Shown here piece after piece: positions 14,208-28,092 of a stretch of DNA of 64,000 bases; the stretch's first letter is position 1; each line of letters opens with the position of its first letter. Source of the DNA: the human T2T-CHM13v2.0 reference genome, Homo sapiens. The position numbers were made by a program, and so were the translations under genes. The notes beneath the pieces were generated by a model. It ran no database searches. It was not told the DNA's origin and worked only from the letters and a program-made list of their open reading frames with translations. The stretch lies in the NCBI RefSeq assembly GCF_009914755.1, contig NC_060936.1; one strand, written 5' to 3'.

Positions 14208-15832
14208 TCATGCTCATGGATAGGAAAAATCAATATTGTGAAAATGGCCATACTGTGCAAAATAATTTATAGATTGAATGTTATCCCCATCAAGCTACCA
14301 TTGACTTTCTTCACAGAGTTAGAAAAAAACTACTTTAAATTTCATATGGAACAAAAAAGAGCCCATATAGCCAAGACAATACTAAGCAAAAAGAACAAAG
14401 CTGGAGGCATCACTCTATCTGACTTCAAACTATACCACAAGCCTACAGAAACCAAAACAGCATGGTGCTGGTATCAAAACAGATATATAGGCCAATGGAA
14501 CAGAACAGAGGCCTCAGAAATAATGCCACACATCTACAACTATCTCATTTTTGACAAACCTGACAAAAACAAGCAATAGGGAAAGGATTCCCTATTTAAT
14601 AAATGGTGTTGGGAAAACTGGCTAGCCATATGCAGAAAACTGAAACTGGACCCCTTCCTTACACCTTATACAAAAATTAACTCAAGATGGATTAAAGACT
14701 TAAACGTAAGACCTAAAATCATAAAAACCCTAGAAGAAAACCTAGGCAATACCATTCAGGACATAGGCATGGGCCAAAACTTCATGACTAAAACACCAAA
14801 AGCAATCGCAACAAAAGCCAAAATTGACAAATGAGGTCTAATTAAACTAAAGAGTTTCTGCACAGCAAAAGAAACTATCATCAGAATGAACAGGCAACCT
14901 ATAGAATGGGAGAAAATTTTTGCAATCTACCCATCTGACAAAGGGCTAATATCCAGAATCTATAAGGAACTTAAACAAATTTACAAGAGAAAAAACATCA
15001 AAAAGTGGGCTAAGGATATGAACAGACACTTCTCAAAAGAAGACATTTATGCAGCCAACAAGCAGATGAAAAAAAGCTCATAATCACTGGTCATTAGAGA
15101 AATGCAAATCAAAATCACAATGAGATACCATCTCACACCAGTTAGAATGGCAATCATTACAAAGTCAGGAAACAACAGATGCTGGAGAGGATGTGGAGAA
15201 ATAGGAACACTTTTATACTGGTGGGAGTGTAAATTAGTTCAACCATTGTGGAAGACAATGTGCCTATTCCTCAAGGTTCTAGAACCAGAAATGCCATTTG
15301 ACCCAGCAATCCCATTACTGGATATATACCCAAAGGATTATAAATCATTCTGCTATAAAGACACATGCACATGTATGTTTATTGCAGCACTATTCACAAT
15401 AGCAAAGACTTGGAACCAACCCAAATGCCCATCAATGATAGACTGGATAAAGAAAATGTGGCACATATGCACCATGGAATACTATACAGCCATAAAAAAG
15501 GATGAGTTCATGCCCTTTGCAGGGACATGGATGAAGCTGGAAACCACCATTCTCAGCAAACTAACATAGGAACAGAAAACCAAACACCGCATGTTCTCAC
15601 TCATAAATGGGAGTTGAGCAATGAGAACACATGGACACAGGGAGAGGAACATCACACACTGGGGCCTGTTTGGGGGTGGGGGGTTAGGGGAAGGATAGCA
15701 TTAGGAGAAATAGCTAATGTAGATGACGGGTTGATGGGTGCAGCAAACCACAATGGCACGTGCATATCTATGTAACAAACCTGCATGTTCTGCACATGTA
15801 CCCCAGAACTTAAAGTATAATAAAAATAAAAA
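14208..15832 (+). mobile_element. L1PA7/8-like LINE-1, 5'-truncated (1.6 kb)
   Basis: ORF2 C-terminal peptides ([15 protein letters not shown]; [13 protein letters not shown]...[19 protein letters not shown]) broken by stops; 3'UTR; TSD TAAAAAAGTG at 14198-14207 and 15833-15842 at a TT/AAAA site. Confidence 0.95.
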
Positions 15833-16084
15833 TAAAAAAGTGCTAGTTTCGCCACCCCTGTCAGAAGGGCCTGCAGAAGCTCATATTAGCAATGGCTCTT
15901 GGGTGGGCCTCAGTTTCAGAAAACCACATACTTTAAAATCACAATATTGCAGAATACATCAATTTGGTGATAAATATATTCATTCACACTGAAAAAGGAA
16001 AGTGTTTTATGATGGATTCATTGTCTGGTTCCCTTAAATTGCCCACTTTTCTTCTCTTGTGTGTGTTTGCCGATGATGGCTGTT

Positions 16085-16975
16085 TAAAAATAATAGCCTT
16101 TATTGAGATGTAATTCATATACCATAAAATTCACTTTCTTAAAGTGTACAATTCAGTGGACTTTAGTATACTCACAGAGCCGTACAGCCATCACCACTAT
16201 CTAATTCCAGAATATTCTCATCACCTCAAAAAGAAACCCTGCACCCATTAGCAGTCCCTCTCCTTCATCACCCATTCCACCCAGCCCTGAGCAACCACCA
16301 GTCTACTCTCTATCTCTATGAACTTGCCTATTCTAGACATTTTTTATAAATGGAACCATACAATATATGACCTTTTATGACAAACTTCTTTCACTTAGAA
16401 TAATGTTTTCAGATTCATTTATGTTGTAATATGTGTTAGTGCTTCATTCTTTTTTAGGATAAAATAATATTCTATTTATGGCTATACTACATTTTGTTTA
16501 TTCGTTCATCAGTTGATGGTCATATCAGTTGTTCCCACTTTTTGGCTATAATAAATAATACTGCTCTGAACCTTTATGTACAAATGTTTGTATCGACATA
16601 TTTTTTCATTTATCTGTATATACCTGGGAGTGGGATTGCCAGGCTGTATGGCAACTCTATATTTAATCTTTTGAGAAACTGCCAAACTGTTTTCCTAACT
16701 GGCTACGTTAGTTTACAATACTTTCAGCAATGTATAGGGGTTCCAATATCTCTACATCCTTGACAATACTTGTTATTTTCTATATTTTTTGTTGTTATAG
16801 CCATCTTCGTGGGTAAGAAGTGGTGTCTCTTTGGGCTTTTGATTTACATTTTTCTAATGGCTACTGCTGTTGAGTGTCTTTTCATGTGCTATTGGCCATT
16901 TGTAGAACTTCTTTAGAGAAATGTCTAATCAAATCCTGTGCCAATATTTTAATCTGGTGACTTGTCTCTTTATTC
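16085..16975 (-). mobile_element. L1MB-type LINE 3' fragment
   Basis: TTTATTGAGATGTAATTCATATACCATAAAATTCAC..AAAGTGTACAATTCAGTGG antisense L1MB 3' end, then ORF2 end. Confidence 0.85.
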
Positions 16976-18329
16976 CCCCTGTGCTTCTGAAATCAAAGTT
17001 AGATGATGTAACTCTTTTAAGGAATGGATTCCCTGTAACAACACTATTCTCTGATCCAAACATGTTTGAATCATGAAGAGGATGATCATTGGATGAACTG
17101 TGACCAATGATCACAGTTGGTGAGAGATAGGGGAATGAACTGTAGGTGAATTCCTAAGTGACTTTTCAGCCAAAGAGATGACGAGAGATTTATTTGCTTA
17201 AGACAAAAACGGGTATTTATGGAGAGGAAGCAGAGTAAGTCCAAAGGAAAGGAAACCAAGAACAGTGGGCTCTTGAGTGATGTAGTTCAGGATCCTCTAG
17301 GCCCACTAGGGCCTCTGACATGAACTCAGTGTTGTAGTTTATCTCCTTATGTTCCAAATTCCTGCCTGCAGGATGGAGCCTTGAAAAGGAGTCAGTCCTT
17401 TGTCCTAGGCCCTCACCTTGCTGAGGGACACACATCACTTACTCTTCAGAGGTCTCAGCTTCCTTATCAATATGATAACTTCCAGTGCCAAGGTTCTCTC
17501 AGTAGGGGCAAGAATATTTTATCTCTCCAAGCTCTTAAAGCAGGACAGCAGAGCAGCCTGAAATCTCCATCTTTAGAACTCTTGAAGAAAGCTGGAGAAA
17601 GCTATCTTCCTGGCATGGCTTATCCTCGGGTAACCTAGAAGGCTCATAAACCCTGCAGGTCAAGTTCTGGACTAGGGAGCTTTGAATGGGCATATCCTAC
17701 ACCAGGACCCTGGGAAAGCCTGGTCTCTGCTCCAAGGCAAATGTCCACACTAAATGGGCTGCATGTTTTAAAGTTTCCAATGTGCAAGCACATTCTGCTT
17801 CCTATTACATACTGACCAACATGAAGCAATGGGTGCCAAAATGGAAAGAAGGAAAAAAGTTGGGTGAACCAAAAAATAACTTGACCACAGGAAACTGTCT
17901 TGAGATAAAAAGAGTCATCTCCCCAGCCAGTGTCCTAGGTACAAGCAGAGAAAAAAAAAAAATCCATGGCATGTGAGTTCTGATCAGGTCTGTACATTCC
18001 TCCCAAACCCAATCATGGTGAACATTAGCCAGGTATGTGTGTTTGAAGTGGGTTTACTGTAGGAAATACTTCCTTGTGGTTTTGCCTGCAGTTAACATAC
18101 TAGAGAAGGGGATAGAATCCAGGGCTCAGGTACGCGCATTCCAGGCAGTCAGGCTGAAGAAGGACAGCTTTGGAGCTGAAGATGTGGAAGAAAGATTGCC
18201 TAGAGCCATGAGTAAAGATGTGCATTCATCAAGGCCATGAAAGGCTGTGCCTGCAGCTGCTCCTGTAAGGAGGGGGGACGGCATCTACTCAGCTCATGGA
18301 TCATGTCAAAGGCCAAAAGGAATATAAAG

Positions 18330-18500
18330 TCAGATTCTCAGGTGCGTGTGCCCTTGTGCGCTGAGAATAATAGATTTGGAAACAAATAGAAGGTCGTAAA
18401 TCATCAATGGTATATCAGTAATGGTAAATCTAATCAATACGTCCCTTTAAAGATAAAGGTTCTTTTGCCCCAGGATAAACCATTCAGGGAATTTTGCATT
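18330..18500. promoter_or_regulatory. Candidate enhancer with PBX-HOX9 composite site
   Basis: GTCGTAAATCAT at 18393-18404 (ATGATTTACGAC on the minus strand) in apparently unique, CpG-retaining sequence; motif evidence only. Confidence 0.4.
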
Positions 18501-18930
18501 TGGACTGCTCCCAGAGAGGACTGGTAAAGCTTTTCTCTTTGGAGGTCATGGGAGTGTGGGCGGCAGCAGGTTGGGGCAGGTTCTTACTGACCAAGGGATT
18601 GGAGGGACACAGTGGATGGTGTAGGAGCTTCCAGTCCCAGACTAGCTGTTTGACCTTCTTCCCTATTTCCTAATCTTTAAAATATGAAGGTGAAATTTAA
18701 TGGTTTCAAAGTTTCTGATGACTTTATGAAATCTACTTTCCTCTCACCGCTGGGTACAGAGAAAGGAAACGTGTAAATGGTCATGAGAAGAATTAAAGTT
18801 AAATCAACGGAAGAACTCTCCAACCTTTGGGATTGTGAATGAAAAGGCAGGACCCTGAGAAAAGTTGTAGATCTAATTTCCCTAATATTTTAAATAATTA
18901 AATCTGCTTAACTGAGGTGGAATATATACA

Positions 18931-19314
<384 letters not shown>

Positions 19315-20679
19315 TGAACTCTTTCCTCCCTAGCTCAGCCTTCTCCATGGCTTTTGCTTTTTCTGCCTGCAATGGTCTCTTCCCTTTCCCTTCAAACCAA
19401 CCCGTATCAACTTCTTAGCACCTTGCTTCCACCATGCCACTTTTTTGCTCTTCTCACAAGAGCATCTGTCCCTTATAGCATCATGTCTGAATTCCTCTTT
19501 CTCACTTCTAACTCCCCAAAACATGCCTCTGCTATTTAAAATATTCCACTCCTGCAAACATTTTTTTTTTTTTTTACTAGAACCTGATCTGTCCAGTAAA
19601 TAGACTTGGAATCCAGGTCCTAGACCCTTCCCACTGCCATGACTTTGTTCACTTTTGCACAAATTTTGAATGTGCTTCATGTCTAGGAACCCTATCTATC
19701 CTTCAAGGTTATGTGGAATTACTACCTCTTCTCTGAAACCTTCAACCTTCTCTGACTCATCCAGCCCTTCCTGAATGTTCTTTTCCATATACACAGTTGA
19801 GCCTCAAAGGTTTGGTTTGTGCACTTCATAATAGCTTTTAATCTCATCTCTACTAATAAATTGAAACCTAGTGTTAGACACATAGTAGCCCTCAATAAAG
19901 ACTTGATGGATTTAAATTCACCTGGGCCTTTATTCTTCTGTGATGAGTCATCAGGACTTACTGAGCCTAGGAAAAGTTGTCAGAACAGTTACCTGGCTGA
20001 CTGGTGGCTCCTTTGTGTGTACTGACCTATATAATGCCTGGGGTGTTCATAATATTTTTGGATACCTCCACCAAGAAAGGATCATTTATCAGTCTTCTGA
20101 TTGCTTGATAAGAGGATCCTGATACCATGGAATTTTCTTGTATCTGGATCAATGTTTATTACTAGTAGGTCCATGTTAGGAACACAGCCCGAGTATGGCT
20201 TTGGTTCAATAGAGTAGATTAAAAGCCATTCTGGACCATAAAAAATAATTGCCAACTGTATGACTGAAAAAAAAAAAAAGCTCTGATCGAAAGTATGGGT
20301 CTGCTTTGTACCTTAGAGGGAATAAATCTTCCATCACTCAAGTGGGCAGTGTCAATAATGTAGATTGAAAGAGCACTAGGATGAACATCAGACGATCTGG
20401 ATTCTGGTCAGCTTTCCCACTAGCTTATGAACTTGTGAGGTGATATAGGAAAAACTGCAGCACCCTCACGGTCTTAGTTTCTGCCCATGTAAATAAGTTT
20501 GCATAAGATGGTCGATGGTCACTAATGTCCTACAAGCTCTGACATGGTATGAATCCATGAAAGCAGTTGTTAGAACACTTCTCTCTATTCTTTGACAATA
20601 TATGTAAAGAAAAAAGCAATGCCATGTTATAGACATGAGGAGGAGGAGCTGGAAACATAGTCTTAGGTCCTGTCCGTCT

Positions 20680-21000
20680 ACTCATCCATCCACTTAAGAA
20701 ATATTGTTGAATATCTACTATGTGCCAAGCTTCGTTCTAAGCACTAGGAATACAGTGAGTGTCAACAATAACAACAACACAAGGATCTTTATAACAAAGC
20801 CTAGATTCTAGTGGTGAGAGACAGACGATGAAGACGTCAAGCAATACATACATAATATGTCAACTAAAGATGGATTACCACACGTGGCTACACAGGTTAC
20901 ATGCTGCAAATGCCCAGGCGGTACCTTCACATAGACTATGGCGGCCCTAGGTGGTGCTGTGCTATGAAGAAACGTAAGCAGGTTGGGAGATAAAGAGCAC
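20680..21000 (-). mobile_element. L2 3' fragment, possibly interrupted by a MER91-like element (~20870-20950)
   Basis: ATATTGTTGAATATCTACTATGTGCCAAGC..CTAAGCACTAGGAATACAG antisense L2 end. Confidence 0.6.
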
Positions 21001-24000
21001 AGGGCATGTGCTAGAAAAGTACAACAAAAAGTAGAGTGGTGTGGGGCCCATCACACATACTCAGGAAGTCCATTTGTCACTTGACCTCAGCTCTCAGCGT
21101 GGAGGGCATTTTCCATACCTGGTGCTACACCAGATTCTACCTTTGGTTTTACCACATAGAGTTTTGCTTTTCATTTTGTAAAATGCTACATTCACTTATG
21201 CAAGACACAGTTCATGGGTGAGGATGATGAGGCAGCTTAAAATGAGGGAAGTCTCGATAACAATAAATTAATCAACATATGAATATTAGACCCTGAAGGA
21301 GAGATGAGTAGAATAGGGTCCTTTCCCCAGGTAGGAAGAAAAGACATGTACATCACTATGTTCAGTGAAAGTGGAACATAATAAATGCTGCAAGAACATG
21401 CTGCAGGAATTTAGGGGAAGAAAATCACTGTGGTCTAAGATGATGAGAAGAATATTCAGAAAACCTGGGGCTTAAGGATCTGCAGGATTTTGCCAAATAG
21501 AGTCAAGAAGATGAAAAGATGGGAATAAGACACAGATGAGAATGCTCATGGCAAGTTCAAAGGGCTGGAAGAGGAATAGGCAGTCACACAGCATGAGAGG
21601 ACTAGGGAGGTAGACTGGGGATCAAATTCCAATTTTAAAAGCTTAGGTGTTTCTTTTAGGCCTGGGAAAATTCCAGCCACCATATTTAGAGGTTCGACTT
21701 GGGCAAAGGTGGGACACCACCCTCTACTCCCTCATCGTCAGCCCCATTAAGCTCTTCCATTCAAGCGTTTTGCCGTCAGCATCTCTCACAATAACAACAG
21801 CAACAACAATGCCTCATAATCATACAGTCCTCTGCACATCACCAAGTGCTATATTGGAAACTTCATAAAGGCAGGGGTCATATGCTACTCCATTCAACTG
21901 TTTAAACTTGGCACAGTGCTTGTCACATAAGAGACACTCAGTAAATTCTTAATTAATAAAAAAATAAGAAATCCATGCATCTTCTCATTTGAACATCAGA
22001 ATAATCCTCTGAGGCAGTAAAGCCAAATATTCATATCCTAATTTTACAAATAAAAGAAGCAAAGACCATAGTAGATATATGATCTGTCCAAGTTTTCTTA
22101 AGTACTGTGCTACAAATTTTGTGTTAAGAATTGCACTGAGCTAGGAACTGGAAGACTAGGAACCAGTGAAGTAAGAACTTGGCTTTGGCACTTATCTGGA
22201 CCTTGAAGGGTTTTTTTTTTTTTTGCCCATTAAATATGCATGGAACTAAATTTCATTGGTTCCAAGATACACACACACACACAAGCAAATATTTATATTA
22301 TCATATTTTCATGTCACTGAAGTCAGGATGTGTCTTGCAATCAATGCTGCGCATATCATAATTTGCAGAATTTCTCTTAGAGTCTGAAATGTGGTAACCT
22401 CTGCCCTGCCTGCCTGCCTGCTAGAATATAAATGTGATAGTGTTTTGTATACTGGGAAGTGCTGTACAAATAAGTAAGAACTAGTAAAACAGAAGTTGCC
22501 ACTGCCTCCCTCAATACCTGGTCGTACAATTCTGACTGCTCTAGAGCAGCCAGCCAAGTAAGTTCTGCTTAGAGTCCCTGAGCAGTCTTGGCTAGAGAGA
22601 GAATTAAATGGCATTAACCTGACAAGCAAATTTCTGAGGCACCTGGTACAAATCTTTGCTATTGATTAAAGGAATTAGTGATCTGAGAACCTATGAATAG
22701 ACAAAAAGAAAGGAAATGCAATCCTTTTCCACAAGCCCAGACACAGATCAGACATTCACTGATTTCTTTTTTCCCTGTTTGCACATACCTGTGGTTCCAT
22801 GGGGCTGAATTCCCGGAAGGAGCTCCTTTGACACAGGGACCCTGCTCTAGCAAGCGAATCCCTCCCCAGCAGAACTTCTCCCCCAAGCACTCCACACCCT
22901 CCTTTGACCACAGCAGCCAGCGCCAGGGAGACAGTGTACGAGGGACTGATAAGAGGGCTAGTAATCTCTGCCCTGAGTCTGTTGGGGCATATTGCAATCT
23001 AGAGCCACTAAATTGCCTAAATTGTCTGCATCTGGCCTCCACCACCCACACTTGTAAAAAACAAACAAACAAAAATGTCAGTATTTGGGGAAGAGATGGG
23101 GGAGGATAAAATGCATAACAGGGATAAGACTAGGGTAAGGCAAATTAGGTAACTGGGGAGCAGAATTTAAGGAGGAACACATTTTCACTGTAAAGCACCT
23201 AAGTTGCTTTCTAATATTCCTGGTTTGTCACTCATTCCTACTAGGTGTTGGACAAATTATTGAATAATCCTGTGCTCTAACACTTCCAAGCACATAAAAT
23301 AAAGTGGTTAATCAGTTTCATGCTGAATTATAAAAGTTTTTGCAGCACTTAATTATAAATCTTTCACACATTCTTTGTTATTTGCTCTTCCCTACAAGTG
23401 GGAGTTTATTATTATAATTATTATAATATGCTATAAACAATCTAAAGCTAAGAGTGTAACTTGATCAAGAGGCTAGAGACTGGTAAGCAACAGGATGCCA
23501 CTACCTAGAATTAAGTTGCTATAGAAATTTAGTTTTCGTTTTTATTCTTATTACCTATATTAATGCACAAAGTTTTAAAACAAAGATGACACTCTTGTCA
23601 CATTACCTGGGTCTTAGAATGATAGCAATGACTGTACAGATTGCTAGCCAGGAATGGCCTGTCTCCATCCCACGGACTATTGGTTTAAGAAGGCATAATT
23701 CAGTTAAGTCGAGACGGACCTTCAGTTTTCAGGAACACTTAAGTAAAAAATAGAGTGTCCCAACACAGGGAGGAGAAGAAAACAAAGAAGATGGTTTGCC
23801 ATTATATCAGAGTCAGATTGAAAGGGGGCAGGAATTGATTTGAAAAGGGTTACATTTACCAGCTTCTGTACATAGGTAAATTGGAAAATAACAACACCCA
23901 TCATGATCCTTTGCAATGAAGAGTAGATGAGTTTAGAAAACACTTCTGGAACGGTGGAGTAAGGACCTCTGAAAATATGCTCCTCCATAAAAGGAATGAG

Positions 24001-24733
24001 AACACTTTCAAAATGATGAAAATCAATTTTCTAAACTCTGGAAATTAACCAAAGGCTTGCAACAACCTAAGGAGTATTTATTCAGGAAAATGGCTAAATC
24101 TTGGTATGAACAGTGAAATTGATGGTGTTTAAATCTGCCCTATTTTCATCCCCTCTCCCTAGCATTGTGGTTGTCTTGAAAACCAACAGCTTCCCATTCA
24201 TGGTGGCTATGAAGACCAGTAGCCTAGCAGTTGCTGCTGGGAAAAAAAAAAAAAAGAGTATAATGGGCTCGGAGCTGCCCCCAAAGCCCCATACTTAGGC
24301 AATTGTCACTACTTGATCTGTCTGGCAGTTTCCTGGAAAAGCCCCATTCACAGGTCTTATTTTTACTTTATCTGATTCAGGAATAACAGCCCTATCCCCA
24401 GAGTGTTTTTTGGAAAAAAAAAAAAAAATCAGTGACAATTTTTTTAACATTAGAGCTGTTATAAGATGAGGCAAAGAGGTTTACAAAAAAGCTCCAAAGG
24501 AAATTCTGGGAAATTAGATATACATAGAGGACATTGAAAAGCTCTGATTAGTTCTAGAATTGAATGCCACACTCGTGTGCAGAGTTGTACATATGCCCAG
24601 AAAAGACTTGAGAAGGCCCTAATTTCTCATTTCTGGCTGACACTGTGGCTCTGTACAAGCAGGAGGTGAAGGTTAAGGCAGAGTAATGTACTACCAAAGC
24701 ACAAAATCCATCCCCCAACACACAGTTGAAAGA

Positions 24734-25058
24734 TTCATTGATTAAAGGCATTTAAGGATTACTTTGTCTAATTACTAGCTGACCACTAAACTAACCAATA
24801 GAGACTTCAATGGCCACATAGAACAAAGACACAGAATTTACAGAAATAGTGCAAGAGAAACACCAAGCACAGAAAATAACAAAAAAAGAAAAGGTTCATT
24901 GATTAAAGGCATTTAAGGATTACTTTGTCTAATTACCAGCTGACCACTAAACTAACCAATAGAGACTTCAATAGCCACATAGAACAAAGATACAGAATTT
25001 ACAGAAATAGTGCAAGAGAAACACCAAGCACAGAAAAAAAAAAAAAAAAAAACAGAAA
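24734..25058 (+). repeat. 161-bp tandem duplication (2 copies)
   Basis: Copies start at 24734 and 24895; 3 substitutions in the ~142-bp core. Confidence 0.95.
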
Positions 25059-27234
25059 GAATAACATAATTTAGACAGGAGAGGAACCTGATTTCCAAAG
25101 TTACCACATTCTGTTATTTGAAATTTCCAGTTTTCAACAAAAAGTATGAGACATGCAAAGAAATAGGAAAGTATCACCCACATACAGGGAAAAGGCATTC
25201 AATAGAAATTGTCTCTGAGGGAGCTGCGATTGGTGACCACTAGACAAAGACTTTAAATCAGCTACTGTAAGTACGTTTCAAGAACTAAAGGAAACCATTC
25301 TAAAGAACTAAAGCAAAGTATGAGAACAGTGTCTTAGCAAATAGAGAATACCAATAAAGAGATAGAAAATATTTTGAAATACACACACACACACAGGTAC
25401 ACACAGACAACTAAATAGAGATTTTGGAGTTGAAAAGCCAGTGAAATTTAAAAATTAATAAAGAAGCTAAACAGCAAGTTTGATTTGGCAGAAGGAAGAA
25501 TCGGTGAACTTGAAATTGACAGAGCCTCAAAGACCTGAGGGACACCATCAACATACACAAAATAAGAGTGGCAGAAGGAGATGAGAGGAAGAAAGGAGTG
25601 TAATGGTCAAAATTTTCTCAAATTCAATGAAAAATTAATCTATATACCTGGAATTCTCAACAAACTTCAAGTAAGATAAAATTAAAGAGATCCAAAACTA
25701 GACCTATCATAGTCAAACTGTTGAAAGACAGAAACAAAGAATCTGGAAAAAGCAAGAAAAAAGTGACTTATTATGTACAATGGACCTTCAATAAGATAAA
25801 CAACTGACTTTTTGTTAGAAGCCACAGGAGCCAGAAGGCAGTGAGATGATATATTCAAAATGTTGAAAGAAAGGGACTGTGAACCAAGATTTCATTATTC
25901 AGAAAAACAATCCTTCAAAAATAAAGGAACAATTAAAACAATCCCAGATATATAAAAACAGTGAATTGATTACTAGCAGAAATACTAGAGGCCTTCAGAC
26001 TAAAATAAAAGGATGTTAGATAGTGAGCAAAGTCAAGGAAAAGAAATAAACAGCACTTACAAGGTGCTCTAACTTCATAAGGTAAATATAAAACAGTGTA
26101 TAAATGTATTTTTTGTTTGTAACTCCTTTTTCTAGTATCTGATTTAAAAACACTACATAAAATGATACTTACAAATCTGTTGATGGACACACGATACACA
26201 AAAACGTCATTATGACAACAACAGCATAAGGAGGAGGTTGTCACTACAAAGGAGACTCATTTTTGCATACTATTAAAATTAAGATGATGTTCTAGATTTT
26301 TATAACCAAAGACGTTAATTCTAATCCACAGAGCATCCAAGAAAATAACTCAAAAATAAATACCAAAAGAAACAACAAAGGAATTAAAATTGCACATTAA
26401 AAATATCTATTTAACATAAAAAAGGGAGTGATGGAGGAACAAAGAAACAAAAAGACACAAGACATGCAAAATACCAATAGCAAACACAAGACATGCAAAA
26501 TACAAATAGCAAAATGACAGATACAAATCCTACCTTAATAGTAGTTAGATTTAATGTAAATAAACTAAATACTTCAATAAAAAGAAAGAAGCTGACAAAA
26601 TGCATGTTTAAAAAATTATCTAACTATATGCTGCCTACAGGTAGATACCTAAAATTCAAAGACACAAATAGGTTGAGAGTAAAAAGGTAGAAATGATATA
26701 CCAGACAATCAGTAACCAAAAGAAAACTGGAGTAGCTATACTCATATTAAGAAAATAGAATTTAAGACAAAAGTTGCTACTAGAGACAATGAAATATATT
26801 TTATAATAATAATAAAGGTTAATTAAGCAGGAAGAAACAGCAATTATAAACATATATACACCTAACAACAGAGACCAAAATACATGAAGCAAAATCTGTC
26901 AGAAAAGAAGGGAGAAATTGACAATGCAATGATAATTGGTAGAGTTCAATGCTCTACTTTCAATAATAGATTGAAGAGCTAGGCAGAAGACAGTTAAGAA
27001 AATATAACACTTCAACAATACTATAAACCAATTCATCTATAAAACTCCCCACCTAAAAATAGCATAATACACATTCTTCCCAAGTGCATATATAGAACAT
27101 TCTGCAGGACAAAACATATATTAGGCCATAAAACAAGCCTCAATAAATTTAAAAGTGTTCGGAAAAATAAGGAAATTTCAGGAAGCCACAAATATATGGA
27201 AATAAAATAACACATTTTAAATAGCCAGTAAGTC

Positions 27235-27605
27235 TTTAATGAACTCAATTCTGTCCCCAAAATTTTATGTGTTATACCTCTAACACCCAAAGTAACTCTA
27301 TTTGGAAAAACGATTTTTCAGCAGATAATTAAAGTTAATTGAGGTCATAAAGGTGGAACCTTAATCTGATAGGACTGGCGTATTTATAAAAGAGGGAGAG
27401 ACACCAGAACTCTCTCTCTCTCCACATGAACACAGAGGGAAGGCCATGTCTGCAAGCCAGGAAGAGATTCTCTCACCAGAAATCAACCTTGAGAGCACCC
27501 TGACCTTGGGCTTCTAGCCTCCAGAACTGTGAGAAAATAAAATTCTGCTGTTCAATCCACCCAATATGTGGTATTTTGTTGTGGTAGCCCTGGAAAACTA
27601 ATATA
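27235..27605 (+). mobile_element. MLT1A-like MaLR solo LTR inserted in L1 ORF2
   Basis: GCCTCCAGAACTGTGAGAAAATAAAATTCTG...GGTATTTTGTTGTGGTAGCCCTGGAAAACTAATATA; L1 sequence resumes on both sides. Confidence 0.85.
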
Positions 27606-27915
27606 CGGTCAAAGAAAAAATGCAAGGGAAATAAGCTGACCGAAAACAGATACCAAACAACAAAATTTACAGAATGTAGCTAAAGCAATGAAGAAGAAAG
27701 ATCTCAAATCAACATCCTAACCTTTTACCTTGAAAACCTAGAAAAAGCAGAGTGAATGAAATATAAAATGAGCAGGAGGAAGGAAATAATAGAAATTTGA
27801 GAACAAATCCATGAAATAGAAAATATAAATAATAATAGAGAAAACAAACAAAACTTAAAGTCATTTCTTTGAAAAGATTTTAAAAATTGACAAAACTTTA
27901 GCTAGCTAAACTGCC

Positions 27916-28092
27916 AGGAAGAAAGAAAGAAAAGAGGAAGGAAGGAAGGAAGGAAGGAAGAGAAGGAGGGAGGGAGGGAGGGAGGGGAGAAAGAGAGACA
28001 GAGAGGAAGGAAGGAAGGAGGGAAGAAAGAAAGAAGGAAGGAAGGAAAGAAGAAAGGAAGGAAGGGAGGGAGGGAAAGAAGGAAGAGAGGGG
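27916..28092 (+). repeat. Polypurine (GGAA/GGGA/GAAA)n tract
   Basis: About 175 bp almost purely A/G. Confidence 0.95.

Noticed and set aside
14169-15569. ORFs of 136, 65 and 155 aa as a protein-coding gene
   Set aside because: They are stop-interrupted fragments of L1 ORF2 in a 5'-truncated insertion.
16998-17056. Possible C/D-box snoRNA (ATGATGT...CTGA)
   Set aside because: C box mismatched, too short, no terminal stem.
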